Source: Candidatus Nanopelagicales bacterium (GTDB lineage: Bacteria > Actinomycetota > Actinomycetes > S36-B12). Taken from it: 64,000 nt of DNA. A program made the position numbers and the translations under genes. Under the pieces are notes generated by a model. That model was not told the origin of the DNA. It did no database searches and saw only the letters and a program-made list of their open reading frames with translations. Shown here one piece after another: positions 17,696 to 25,776 of this stretch. The stretch covers positions 86,025 through 150,024 of the forward strand of contig JBILLS010000002.1 of assembly GCA_044375955.1 (NCBI GenBank). The letters run 5' to 3'. The number at the start of each line of letters is the position of its first letter. Position 1 is the first letter of the stretch.

Positions 17696-17729
17696 CCCGG
17701 GGCGGCAATCGTGAGATTGCCGCCCCGGG
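17696..17729 (-). promoter_or_regulatory. Intercistronic GC-rich hairpin (14-bp perfect stem, 6-nt loop) between the binding-protein and permease genes
   Basis: CCCGGGGCGGCAAT-cgtgag-ATTGCCGCCCCGGG. No U-tract follows on the coding strand, so it is more likely an mRNA-stabilising or partial-attenuation element than a full terminator. Confidence 0.5.
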
Positions 17730-17753
17730 TCAGTTACTAACTCCGCTCGGGGT

Positions 17754-18908
17754 TTAGCCCCAGGCGTTGTCGATGCACTGCTGAGCGGTCCACTGCTCTG
17801 CAGCGGTGACCGTGTCCATCGGCTCCTCGGTGCAGAGCTTCACACCGGTGTCGAAGAACGTGCCATCCGCAGAGGTGTTCGAAGGCGGCGCGCCACCGTC
17901 GGCGATCGCCTTGATCGCTTCAACACCGAGCTTGGCCATCAGCAGCGGGTACTGCTGCGAGGTGGCCTGGATCTCGCCAGCCTTGACGGCCTCGACACCC
18001 GCGAGACCACCGTCAACCGAGACGATGATGACGTCCTGGCCGATGGTCTTGCCGGCTGCCTTCAGGGCCTCAGCGGCACCGAACGCAGTGGGCTCGTTGA
18101 TGGTGTAAACGACGTTGATGTCCGGGTTCTTGGAGAGACAGGTCTCCATGCCCTTACGGCCACCTTCCTCGTTCGCACCGGTTGCCTCGAGGCAGACGAT
18201 CTCGTAGTCGCCACCGGCACCGGTGGTGTACTTGCCCGTCGCCTCTTCGTCACCCATGACCGTGAGGTCCTTGATGTCGATGCCCATGCCGCGGAGGAAG
18301 CCGTTGTCACGGCAGTAGTCCACGGACACCATGCGATCGTTGAAGATCACGAGACGGGCGATGGTCGCCTTCTCGCCGTTGAGCTTGCCCGCGGCCCACT
18401 GGCCGATGGCCTCGCCTGCGAGGCAGTTGTCTGTTGCGAAGGTGATGTCCACGACGTCCGGCGGATCGGTCGGGGTGTCGAGGGCGATCACGTAGAGGCC
18501 GGCATCACGCGCCTTCTTGATGGCGTCGTTGACGTTCACCGACATCGGGGTGATCAGAATGCCCGCCTGGCCCTGAGCGATGGCGTTCTCGATCAGGTCG
18601 ATCTGACCCTGGTCGTCGCCCTCGGTCTTGCCAGAGCCCACCGTCAGATCAACACCGACGGCCGCAGCCGCCTCCTTCGCGCCCTCCTGCATGGCGACGA
18701 AGAACGGGTTGGTGGAGTCCTTCGTGATCAGAGAGACGGCAACAGTGCCACCGCCCTCTGCCGGAGCCTCCGCCGCAGCGGTCTCTTCCGTGGCAGCTGC
18801 ATCAGTGGACTCCTCGGAGCCGCTGCTACAGGCCGCCAAAGTGATGGACAGTGCGCCCACTGCGGCGATCGCAGCGAATCCACGTCCACGCTTCACGCGG
18901 TTGAACAT
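17754..18908 (-). CDS. Sugar ABC transporter substrate-binding lipoprotein (periplasmic-binding-protein type I)
   Basis: Start at MFNRVKRGRG (ATG 18908). Lipobox LTLAAC|SSG. Ribose/galactose-binding-protein-like body (VSLITKDSTNPFF, VIALDT). Confidence 0.85.
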   Translation of the reverse strand: MFNRVKRGRGFAAIAAVGALSITLAACSSGSEESTDAAATEETAAAEAPAEGGGTVAVSLITKDSTNPFFVAMQEGAKEAAAAVGVDLTVGSGKTEGDDQGQIDLIENAIAQGQAGILITPMSVNVNDAIKKARDAGLYVIALDTPTDPPDVVDITFATDNCLAGEAIGQWAAGKLNGEKATIARLVIFNDRMVSVDYCRDNGFLRGMGIDIKDLTVMGDEEATGKYTTGAGGDYEIVCLEATGANEEGGRKGMETCLSKNPDINVVYTINEPTAFGAAEALKAAGKTIGQDVIIVSVDGGLAGVEAVKAGEIQATSQQYPLLMAKLGVEAIKAIADGGAPPSNTSADGTFFDTGVKLCTEEPMDTVTAAEQWTAQQCIDNAWG

Positions 18909-18971
18909 GTAGTTTCCCTTCGAAGGGTGGTTGGGGTAGTGCAACGTCGCTACGGGCTGGAGACCCACCCC

Positions 18972-18995
18972 ATGACAACGTTGTCGTAACGTTAT
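18972..18995. promoter_or_regulatory. Candidate LacI-family operator(s): ATGACAACGTTGTCGT followed by TAACGTTA
   Basis: Perfect 12-bp palindrome GACAACGTTGTC at 18974-18985 and the adjacent palindrome TAACGTTA at 18987-18994, both in the divergent region between the ABC operon and the LacI gene. Confidence 0.6.
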
Positions 18996-19045
18996 TCGGG
19001 AAGCATTGATTCCTGTCAAGCGCTTCGGTCTAATGCTGCCGATTC

Positions 19046-20098
19046 GTGATGACAACGTTATCCGCGGGGGGCCGGCCCAGGCGCAGGGCGAGGCCCACGA
19101 TGCGCGATGTGGCGGCGCTGGCCGGGGTGTCCCTGAAAACAGTCTCCCGGGTGATCAACCGGGAGTCCGGGGTCTCACCGGAGGTGGCTGCCCGGGTCGC
19201 CGACGCGGCCGCCCAGTTGGACTACCGCCCGGACATGAACGCGAGCAACCTGCGGCGCATCGATGGCCGGACGGGGACGGTCGGCCTGCTCTTGGAGGAC
19301 GTCGCCAACGAGTTCAGTGCGGCAGCGCACGCGGGGGTCGAATACGCGGCGCGTCAGCGGGGGATCGCCGTCTTGGCGTCGAGCACACACGGGGACTCGG
19401 AGCGTGAGCGCGGTCTGGTGCGTGCCTTGTCGCTACGACGCGTGGACGGTTTGATCATCGCGCCGTGTCCGGGGGACCAGGCGTACCTGGCCGCCGAGCT
19501 CGCCCAAGGAGTCCCGGTGGTGTTCATCGACCGTCCGGGTCGCGGCCTCGCCGCCCCCGCGGTTCTCAGTGACAATCTGGTCGGCGCGCGATGCGGGGTC
19601 GAGCACCTGTTATCCCTGGGCCACCGCTCCATCGCATTCCTCGGCGGCATCTCGGCGGTCGCCACCTCCCAGGAGCGTTTCGGCGGATATAGCGCGGCGC
19701 TCGCGGCAGCGGGGGTCTCCATCGCGGACCAGACGATCGTCCGGGACATCGGATCGATCGACATGGCTGCGGGAGTCGCCGGAGCGATCCTCGACGGACC
19801 CGAGCAACCCACGGCGATCTTCAGTGCGCAGAACCAGATCACCATGGGTGTCGTGCGTGCGTTGCGTGAACGCGGCCTCCAGCATCGGATCGCGTTGATC
19901 GGGTTCGATGACTTCACCCTCGCCGATCTCCTCGATCCGGGCGTGGCCGTGGTGGCGCAGGATCCGCGAGCGATCGGTGAGCGGGCTTTTCAGGTGCTCG
20001 TCGACGCCATGGAGGAGTCGGTGGGTGACGTGTCCGCCGAGCTCCTGGTGCCGACGACCCTGATCATTCGCCCATCAGGGGAGATTCCCCCGGCGTGA
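19046..20098 (+). CDS. LacI/GalR-family transcriptional regulator
   Basis: 350-aa ORF with the HTH motif TMRDVAALAGVSLKTVSRVIN and a periplasmic-binding-fold effector domain. The alternative start ATG 19100 (MRDVAAL) would place the second operator upstream of the gene. Confidence 0.85.
   Translation: MMTTLSAGGRPRRRARPTMRDVAALAGVSLKTVSRVINRESGVSPEVAARVADAAAQLDYRPDMNASNLRRIDGRTGTVGLLLEDVANEFSAAAHAGVEYAARQRGIAVLASSTHGDSERERGLVRALSLRRVDGLIIAPCPGDQAYLAAELAQGVPVVFIDRPGRGLAAPAVLSDNLVGARCGVEHLLSLGHRSIAFLGGISAVATSQERFGGYSAALAAAGVSIADQTIVRDIGSIDMAAGVAGAILDGPEQPTAIFSAQNQITMGVVRALRERGLQHRIALIGFDDFTLADLLDPGVAVVAQDPRAIGERAFQVLVDAMEESVGDVSAELLVPTTLIIRPSGEIPPA
19050..19062. promoter_or_regulatory. Second candidate LacI-family operator TGACAACGTTATC
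   Basis: Near-palindrome sharing the ACAACGTT core with the first site. It sits at the annotated start of the LacI ORF, which suggests autoregulation. Confidence 0.5.
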
Positions 20099-21053
20099 CC
20101 TGGGTGGGACGTGACGTCTCCGCGACGATGATTCCAGCGACGACAAGCAGACCGCCGACCACTTGAATGAGTGTCAGCATCTCGCCCAACAGGATCAAGG
20201 CGAGGATCGCGGCCCAGACGGGCTCGCTCGTGCCGATGATGCCCGCGCGCTCCGCACCGAGACGTCGGAGGGAACCCAGGACGAGCAGGAATGCGATCAC
20301 TGTCCCGAAGACGATGCCGAGCAGCATGATCACCCAGATAGGAAGACCAGGCCACCCAGGTCCGATCGGCGCTCCCGACTCCAACAGCATGGCGAACGGG
20401 AATGACGTCCAGGGCGCGATGATCGACCACGTTGCAGTCGAGAAGACGAATCCCCACATAGTCAACGACAGCGCATCCCGATGACCTTGCCCCGATTCCC
20501 CGAGAATCCAATACAGCGCGAGGGCCACGGCGGTCAGGAAACCCGTGATCACGCCCAGGGTGTCCAACGTGGCCCCCTGCCAGACCTGGGCAACGAGTGC
20601 AAGACCGAGCAGGGTCAGGCCGATCGCCACCCAGATGCGACTACGAACCGGTTGCTTGCGAACGAACTTCACGTAGATCGCGACCAGGATCGGGGCGAGG
20701 AACGCAAGGAGTGTCCCGATGCTGACCGGAAGGCGCGAGATGGTGAAGAAATAGAGGAACTGCACCAGTGTGAAGGCGATGACGCCGTAGGCGAGAAGGA
20801 ATGGCACTTCGCGAAGGCGGACCTTGAACGCTCGGGGGCGGATGATCGCCACCAGGATGATCAGGATGATCATGGCGCCTGCGTTGCGTAGTTCCACCAG
20901 GCGCAACGGGGTGAATCCGACTTCGATTGCGGATTTCGCGAGTACACCGTTGAGGGCGAAGAAGATCGCGGCGACGAGATACATCACGACACCCACGACC
21001 TGCGGGTTCCGGGATGAGTGGGGCGCGGGCGTCAGTCGATCTGCAACAGCCAC
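20064..21053 (-). CDS. EamA/DMT-superfamily transporter
   Basis: 329-aa ORF with ten hydrophobic helices in two EamA-like halves. The start is uncertain: 21053 overlaps the upstream gene by 22 nt and an internal Met lies at 20984. The 3' end overlaps convergent LacI by 35 nt. Confidence 0.75.
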   Translation of the reverse strand: MAVADRLTPAPHSSRNPQVVGVVMYLVAAIFFALNGVLAKSAIEVGFTPLRLVELRNAGAMIILIILVAIIRPRAFKVRLREVPFLLAYGVIAFTLVQFLYFFTISRLPVSIGTLLAFLAPILVAIYVKFVRKQPVRSRIWVAIGLTLLGLALVAQVWQGATLDTLGVITGFLTAVALALYWILGESGQGHRDALSLTMWGFVFSTATWSIIAPWTSFPFAMLLESGAPIGPGWPGLPIWVIMLLGIVFGTVIAFLLVLGSLRRLGAERAGIIGTSEPVWAAILALILLGEMLTLIQVVGGLLVVAGIIVAETSRPTQVTPGESPLMGE

Positions 21054-21793
21054 GCGCGTGCACCACCCACCAACGCGGCCGCGTTCGGCACGATCACGAC
21101 ATCGTCACCGAGTCGGGTGACGACCGTCGGTGTGATGTGGCGGGAGTTACCACCTCCGATGTAGAGGCGATCCCACAGGAAGACAGGACGAAGGCCGTCG
21201 ATGACCCGCTGCACACGGCGCGACCACAGGGCATCGCCGAGTCGGCGACGCTCGTGTTCACCGATATAGGTGTCATACGACAGACCCCAGCGCACGGGAG
21301 CCTGAGAGAGTTCGAGGTGCGGTGCGAGGTGGCCGCCGTCGTAGATGGCGCACCCGAGCCCTGTTCCGAGAGTCAGCACCACTTCGAGTCCCTGGCCGGC
21401 GATGACGCCCGCGCCGTGGACTTCAGCATCGTTGAGAACGCGCACCGGAATGCCGAGTGAATCGGAGATCGCTGCCTGTGCGTCGAAGCCCTCCCACTGC
21501 TCGACGAGCTCAGGTTCTATGCGCGTGCGCGGGCCTGACCGGGTGATGTAGTGCGGGGTGGTGATCACCACCCCGTGCCGGATCATCCCCGGAAGACCCA
21601 CGGTCGCGCGGTCTGCCTTCGGCAACTGCGAGGCCAACTCCGTCAGTGTCTTGACGAAGAGCGCGGTCGAGAGGGGATAGGGAGTCGGGACGCGCACCGG
21701 CTGGGCGCGCATCGTGCCGGATTCATCGAGAACGCAACCCTTGATGCCACCGCCACCGCAGTCGATGGCCAATGTGGTTGTCACAGCGTGCAA
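21032..21793 (-). CDS. ROK-family sugar kinase, polyphosphate glucokinase-like
   Basis: 253-aa ORF with LAIDCGGGGIKG (phosphate-1), VRVLNDAEVHGAG and LTLGTGLGCA motifs. Confidence 0.7.
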   Translation of the reverse strand: MHAVTTTLAIDCGGGGIKGCVLDESGTMRAQPVRVPTPYPLSTALFVKTLTELASQLPKADRATVGLPGMIRHGVVITTPHYITRSGPRTRIEPELVEQWEGFDAQAAISDSLGIPVRVLNDAEVHGAGVIAGQGLEVVLTLGTGLGCAIYDGGHLAPHLELSQAPVRWGLSYDTYIGEHERRRLGDALWSRRVQRVIDGLRPVFLWDRLYIGGGNSRHITPTVVTRLGDDVVIVPNAAALVGGARAWLLQID

Positions 21794-21848
21794 GTCTGCC
21801 CGATACCCTTGCCCGGCTGTTCGGCCGGTTCGCCGGTACCACCAGCGT

Positions 21849-21940
21849 GGAGGCGTCGCCTAGTCCGGTCTATGGCGCCCGCCTGCTAAGCGGGTTGGGG
21901 GTTTTGAGCCCCCTCGAGGGTTCAAATCCCTCCGCCTCCG
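21849..21940 (+). tRNA. tRNA-Ser (anticodon GCT)
   Basis: Acceptor GGAGGCG/CGCCTCC, anticodon arm CCCGC-CTGCTAA-GCGGG, long variable arm, T arm GAGGG-TTCAAAT-CCCTC. CCA is encoded at 21941-21943. Confidence 0.9.
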
Positions 21941-21945
21941 CCATC

Positions 21946-21967
21946 AGGGCACCCTCCGGGGTGCCCT
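21946..21967. terminator. Hairpin AGGGCACCC-tccg-GGGTGCCCT between the tRNA-Ser 3' end and the convergent Rieske gene stop
   Basis: 9-bp perfect stem. It is followed by GTTCGGGTTCC on the + strand, a weak U-tract. It could terminate both convergent transcripts. Confidence 0.45.
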
Positions 21968-21977
21968 GTTCGGGTTC

Positions 21978-22415
21978 CTAGCCCACGGTCAGCGTGGAGT
22001 TCCGCGGATTCCACGCTGACTTCATGATCGCCAGGTTGGCCTCGGCCGGTCCGCGCACCACGTCACCGTCGATCTCGAACTGTGATGCGTGAGCCGGGCA
22101 CGACCATCCGGGGCCGCCGAGGTTCACCGGGACGCCCTGATGGGTGCAGCGCAGGTCGAGCGCGGTGTAGGTGTCGGGACCCGTGCGCACCACGGCCGCC
22201 GGGACACCCTTCACGGTGCCGAGCACGACCGCGCCGCCCACTGTGCTGAGCCCGCGCACACGCTTCACGGCCACGTCCACGCGACCGTCCTTGCGTCGCT
22301 TGATGCCGGTTGCGGCCTGGGCATCATCGGCCAGAAGCGCTGAACCCATGCCGAGGGTTGCGATGGTGCAGGCCCCCACCAGGAACGAGCGCCGGGATAC
22401 GGAGTTCTCTGTCAT
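21978..22415 (-). CDS. Tat-exported Rieske [2Fe-2S] domain protein
   Basis: Start at MTENSVSRRSFLVG (twin-arginine motif). Rieske ligands CTHQG ... CPAHAS. Confidence 0.8.
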   Translation of the reverse strand: MTENSVSRRSFLVGACTIATLGMGSALLADDAQAATGIKRRKDGRVDVAVKRVRGLSTVGGAVVLGTVKGVPAAVVRTGPDTYTALDLRCTHQGVPVNLGGPGWSCPAHASQFEIDGDVVRGPAEANLAIMKSAWNPRNSTLTVG

Positions 22416-22482
22416 GGAAGCAGTCTGCCCGAATCCCGGGGTTTTGCGCCCCGGTAGACTCACCGCTCGGCCTTCGGGCCGT

Positions 22483-22555
22483 GCGCCCGTAGCTCAACGG
22501 ATAGAGCATCTGACTACGGATCAGAAGGTTAGGGGTTCGAATCCCTTCGGGCGCG
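22483..22555 (+). tRNA. tRNA-Arg (anticodon ACG)
   Basis: Acceptor GCGCCCG/CGGGCGC, anticodon arm TCTGA-CTACGGA-TCAGA, T arm AGGGG-TTCGAAT-CCCTT. CCA is encoded at 22556-22558. Confidence 0.9.
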
Positions 22556-22695
22556 CCAGCACCCGCACCACAGGCGTGGAAATTGACCATAAGCCCGCCG
22601 TACGTGCAGAAGTGGGCGAATTGCCGAGCGCTCAATAGGCCGCCCCGGGCTGTGACGTGCCATGCGGCACCTATGCTGCAGCTCGGAGGCTCACA

Positions 22696-23274
22696 ATGTC
22701 CAGTAAAGAAGCCGCAACAGCAGCTACTCACATGCGCAAAGTTCTCGTGGTTGCGGCGGTTTCTTTGATGGTGCTGGTAGGTGGTTGTAGCTCAGACACG
22801 ACGTCTACCGATAGCGCCTCGGCAGACACCGCCGCTGCGGAAACCCCGCTACCGGACGGCACCAAAGGCCTGTTTCCATTAGCTGCCGAGGCCAAACAGG
22901 GGTCAAGCTCCGCGGGCTTAATTGACGCGCGCAAGTGGGCCGATTCACTTGTTCGCGAAGTCTGCCGCGGCCTTAGACCGACTGATATAGATCGTTTGGC
23001 TCAAAGAATCGGGATCACCGCAGATCAACTGAGAGAGACGTGCGGTATTGACTCGCCGACGCTATCGGGGAGTAAGAACTTCACCTGTGGAATTTTCGGT
23101 TGCGGCCGTCCTCAAGTAGCAGACGCGATCGTCTCTGACCTTTGCAAAGCGCTTATCGATCGAGGCAACCCAGCGACCATGCAGATTGTGGCTGAAAAAC
23201 TCGGGGCTAGCACCGAAGCAATCGCACAGGCGTGTCTGTCTGCCAATGCAAAGGGTTGGAAGGCACCGAGATAA
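22696..23274 (+). CDS. Cys-rich lipoprotein of unknown function (visibly lower GC than neighbours)
   Basis: ATG 22696 is preceded by GGAGG. Lipobox LVGGC|SSD. The mature part has 7 Cys and two similar helical segments (DIDRLAQRIGITADQLRETC and TMQIVAEKLGASTEAIAQAC). Codon third positions are not GC-biased. Confidence 0.6.
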   Translation: MSSKEAATAATHMRKVLVVAAVSLMVLVGGCSSDTTSTDSASADTAAAETPLPDGTKGLFPLAAEAKQGSSSAGLIDARKWADSLVREVCRGLRPTDIDRLAQRIGITADQLRETCGIDSPTLSGSKNFTCGIFGCGRPQVADAIVSDLCKALIDRGNPATMQIVAEKLGASTEAIAQACLSANAKGWKAPR

Positions 23275-23290
23275 GCCGTTCGGTGGATCA

Positions 23291-24565
23291 CTACCAACTT
23301 CGTTTGGCGATAACCCGATCCTGGTCGGTAAGCAGGCTGACACTCCCGTTCGCCCACAAGGCTGGTGTGCGGCTGCGCAGGAAGTCCGCGGACGAGTAAT
23401 CCACGAGCGCACCACGGGGTGGGCGTCCAACATAGAGCGTCCAGGTGGATCCGGGAGCTAGGCAGGTGCCGGGCTGGAACGAGTAGCGAGTGTTTCCCGT
23501 TTCGATTCGATATGTGTCGAGGCAGTGGGTGACAGTGCCCCGGTTCTTGATGCGCACCCACTGCGTCTGAGCCCGCTTCTTGCCCTTCTTCTCGCCGAGG
23601 GAGAAGTCGTCGATGATGATCGCACTCGAATAGGGGTCATCGTCGCACTGCGTAGTGCACGGGTACTCGCGCCAGAAACGGAAGTTGCCGTACTTGTCGA
23701 GCAGGTAGGCGCCATCACCGAGGAGCGCGGGTCCCTGACCGGCCGCCGTGTAGAGGCGAGACCTGTGACCGACGTACAGGTCGCGTGGCTGTGGGATCGC
23801 TGGTGTTCCAGCGCCAGTGTGCACGACGCGGTAGTCATCGGGAGCGAGAACACTGCCGCCGGGGAATTGGAACCAGGCCTGGTTACCGGAGTCACGCACC
23901 ACCCAGCCGCTGATGTCGACAGGCGCTGCACCGCGGTTCTTGACCACCACGTACTCGTCATTGAGCGGCTTCGTGGGGTTCCCGCGGTTGATGCGCAGCT
24001 CGATGTTCGCATCGGGTTGGTCGGGCTCACCGCAGAGCTGCGGATTCCACATTCCCTGGCGCCGCTCCTGCGCGCGTTCGATCACTTGGCGGTAGAGCGA
24101 ACTCATCGCGGCCTCTTTCGCGACGGTGTACCAGAGTCCCCACCCTCGTTCGGCCATCGCCCAGGCGATATCCAGGTCGAATTCCTTCGTAGCCTCGCTG
24201 TAGGCGAGGACCACGCGCTGGGGTCGATTCGCCTTCCCCTTGGACGTCGGATCGGCGGACAGCAATCGCACCTTGGTGCCGACGGGGAGGAAGCCCTTAA
24301 GGGCTTCCGTTGCTCGCCATCCCCCACATTGGCCCGGGTTCGCACCATGGGGTGCTTCGGGGGAGTTGATCCCGAGAAGACGAATCCGTGACTGCGCACC
24401 GGTCACATCATCGGTGACGATCAGGGTGTCACCATCGACGATGCGCTTCACCGTCGCCGTCTCCCACGCGGTCACCCCATCCCAGGGCCCCGCGTGCGCG
24501 GGCGCAGCCGTCGCCACTACCGCGGTGACGGCTGCGAGGGCTACGAGTGTTCGCTTCATGATCAT
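23291..24565 (-). CDS. Secreted thermonuclease (SNase fold) fused to two lamin-tail-like (LTD) domains
   Basis: Signal peptide MIMKRTLVALAAVTAVVATAAPAHA. SNase motifs VDGDTLIV and IRLLGINSPE. Two LTD-like beta modules (EYVVVKNRGAAPVDISGWVVRD and QWVRIKNRGTVTHCLDTYRIE). Confidence 0.7.
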   Translation of the reverse strand: MIMKRTLVALAAVTAVVATAAPAHAGPWDGVTAWETATVKRIVDGDTLIVTDDVTGAQSRIRLLGINSPEAPHGANPGQCGGWRATEALKGFLPVGTKVRLLSADPTSKGKANRPQRVVLAYSEATKEFDLDIAWAMAERGWGLWYTVAKEAAMSSLYRQVIERAQERRQGMWNPQLCGEPDQPDANIELRINRGNPTKPLNDEYVVVKNRGAAPVDISGWVVRDSGNQAWFQFPGGSVLAPDDYRVVHTGAGTPAIPQPRDLYVGHRSRLYTAAGQGPALLGDGAYLLDKYGNFRFWREYPCTTQCDDDPYSSAIIIDDFSLGEKKGKKRAQTQWVRIKNRGTVTHCLDTYRIETGNTRYSFQPGTCLAPGSTWTLYVGRPPRGALVDYSSADFLRSRTPALWANGSVSLLTDQDRVIAKRSW

Positions 24566-24643
24566 GGATACTCCGAAAGGGTCTTCCATTGTCACATGCA
24601 GATATGGGCGATCCCGTCATCGGCCCACGTCGACCCGAATCCG

Positions 24644-25723
24644 TTATTCGGTGAGGAAGGGGTTCTCCCACAGTTGCATGCCGTCCTGGACGGTGAAACC
24701 GGCCAGCGTGGGTCTGGTCATGAGGTACTCGGCCCGACAGGGTGAATCGATGACCACCCCCCAGCCCCTGGGGAGGAAGAAGTCGAGCAGGCGTCCCTCG
24801 GACATTCGACTGTGGGTGCCGACCGCCATCAGCAACACGCGTTCCTGCACCTCGTGTGCGCAGGTTGCCAGGAGTTCGAATTCGACTCCCTGCACGTCGA
24901 CATGCAACAGATCGACGATGGGGTCGCGGAGACCGGCGAGTAGCGAACTCATCGCAATCGCGGGAATCGGCGAGTGCTCAAGATGCGCTCCGCGGTAGTC
25001 CACATCCGTCCCCGGAAGAGTCCAGATCGCGGCACCCATGTCATCGACGGGCACATTCGGGAAGCTCAACTCACCGGACGAGTGCCAGGCAGCAGCGCAC
25101 ACGATCAGAAGTGGATGGGAGTCATCCGCGCGCCACTCCGCGATCTCCGCGTCGATCGAGTTGTGGTCCCCGATCACCACGCGCGCGTTGATGCCGTTGT
25201 CCTCGGCGTGGCGGGCAGCCCACTCCACCCGGCGTTGGTCGGCCTCGACTGCAACCGCCCGCGCATCGCGGCCGCGTTCGCGACAGGCGACGATTGCGGC
25301 AACAGACCACGGAGCCCACCCCGCCCCGATCTCGATCATCTGGAACGGTGTCGTGCGCGCAGCGATGGCTCGGGCCAACGCCACATACTCGAAGTCCTCG
25401 CTTCGGTAGCCGTCGTCCGGGATCGGGTGGCGTGAGGACACTGTGCCCACGAATTCCTGAGGTGCCCAGGGAAGCATCGCCATGCGCGTCCGAACCCCCA
25501 TCCAATCGGTCAGGAACTCGGGATGGGACTCGAGAGGTGTCACCGCGTCGAGCGTGCCAAGCCAGCGGGAGTATTCGAATGGCGGGATGGGGCGGGTGAT
25601 CCCGTTGCCCAGGCTGGGGACGGACTCGTGGTCTCCCGGGCTTTCCGCGCTCGGTGCAGTACGCGTGGATCGACCGAGCACCGCCGGACGCCACATAGGA
25701 AACCCTCCAGTGACCCCCGTCAT
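24644..25723 (-). CDS. FkbM-family methyltransferase
   Basis: 359-aa ORF with the SAM-binding-like MIEIGAGWAPW and an FkbM-type LLHVDVQGVEFELL segment. Confidence 0.65.
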   Translation of the reverse strand: MTGVTGGFPMWRPAVLGRSTRTAPSAESPGDHESVPSLGNGITRPIPPFEYSRWLGTLDAVTPLESHPEFLTDWMGVRTRMAMLPWAPQEFVGTVSSRHPIPDDGYRSEDFEYVALARAIAARTTPFQMIEIGAGWAPWSVAAIVACRERGRDARAVAVEADQRRVEWAARHAEDNGINARVVIGDHNSIDAEIAEWRADDSHPLLIVCAAAWHSSGELSFPNVPVDDMGAAIWTLPGTDVDYRGAHLEHSPIPAIAMSSLLAGLRDPIVDLLHVDVQGVEFELLATCAHEVQERVLLMAVGTHSRMSEGRLLDFFLPRGWGVVIDSPCRAEYLMTRPTLAGFTVQDGMQLWENPFLTE

Positions 25724-25776
25724 GCCCGGCGACCGAGTCCCCGAGCACTTTCGACATTAGTGGCTAGTGTGCGGCC

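Noticed and set aside
22559-25776. Possible integrated genomic island at tRNA-Arg (lipoprotein, nuclease, FkbM methyltransferase)
   Set aside because: There is no integrase or recombinase and no direct repeat of the tRNA 3' end that I could find by eye. Only the first gene has deviant composition, so I report a single-gene islet rather than a mobile element.
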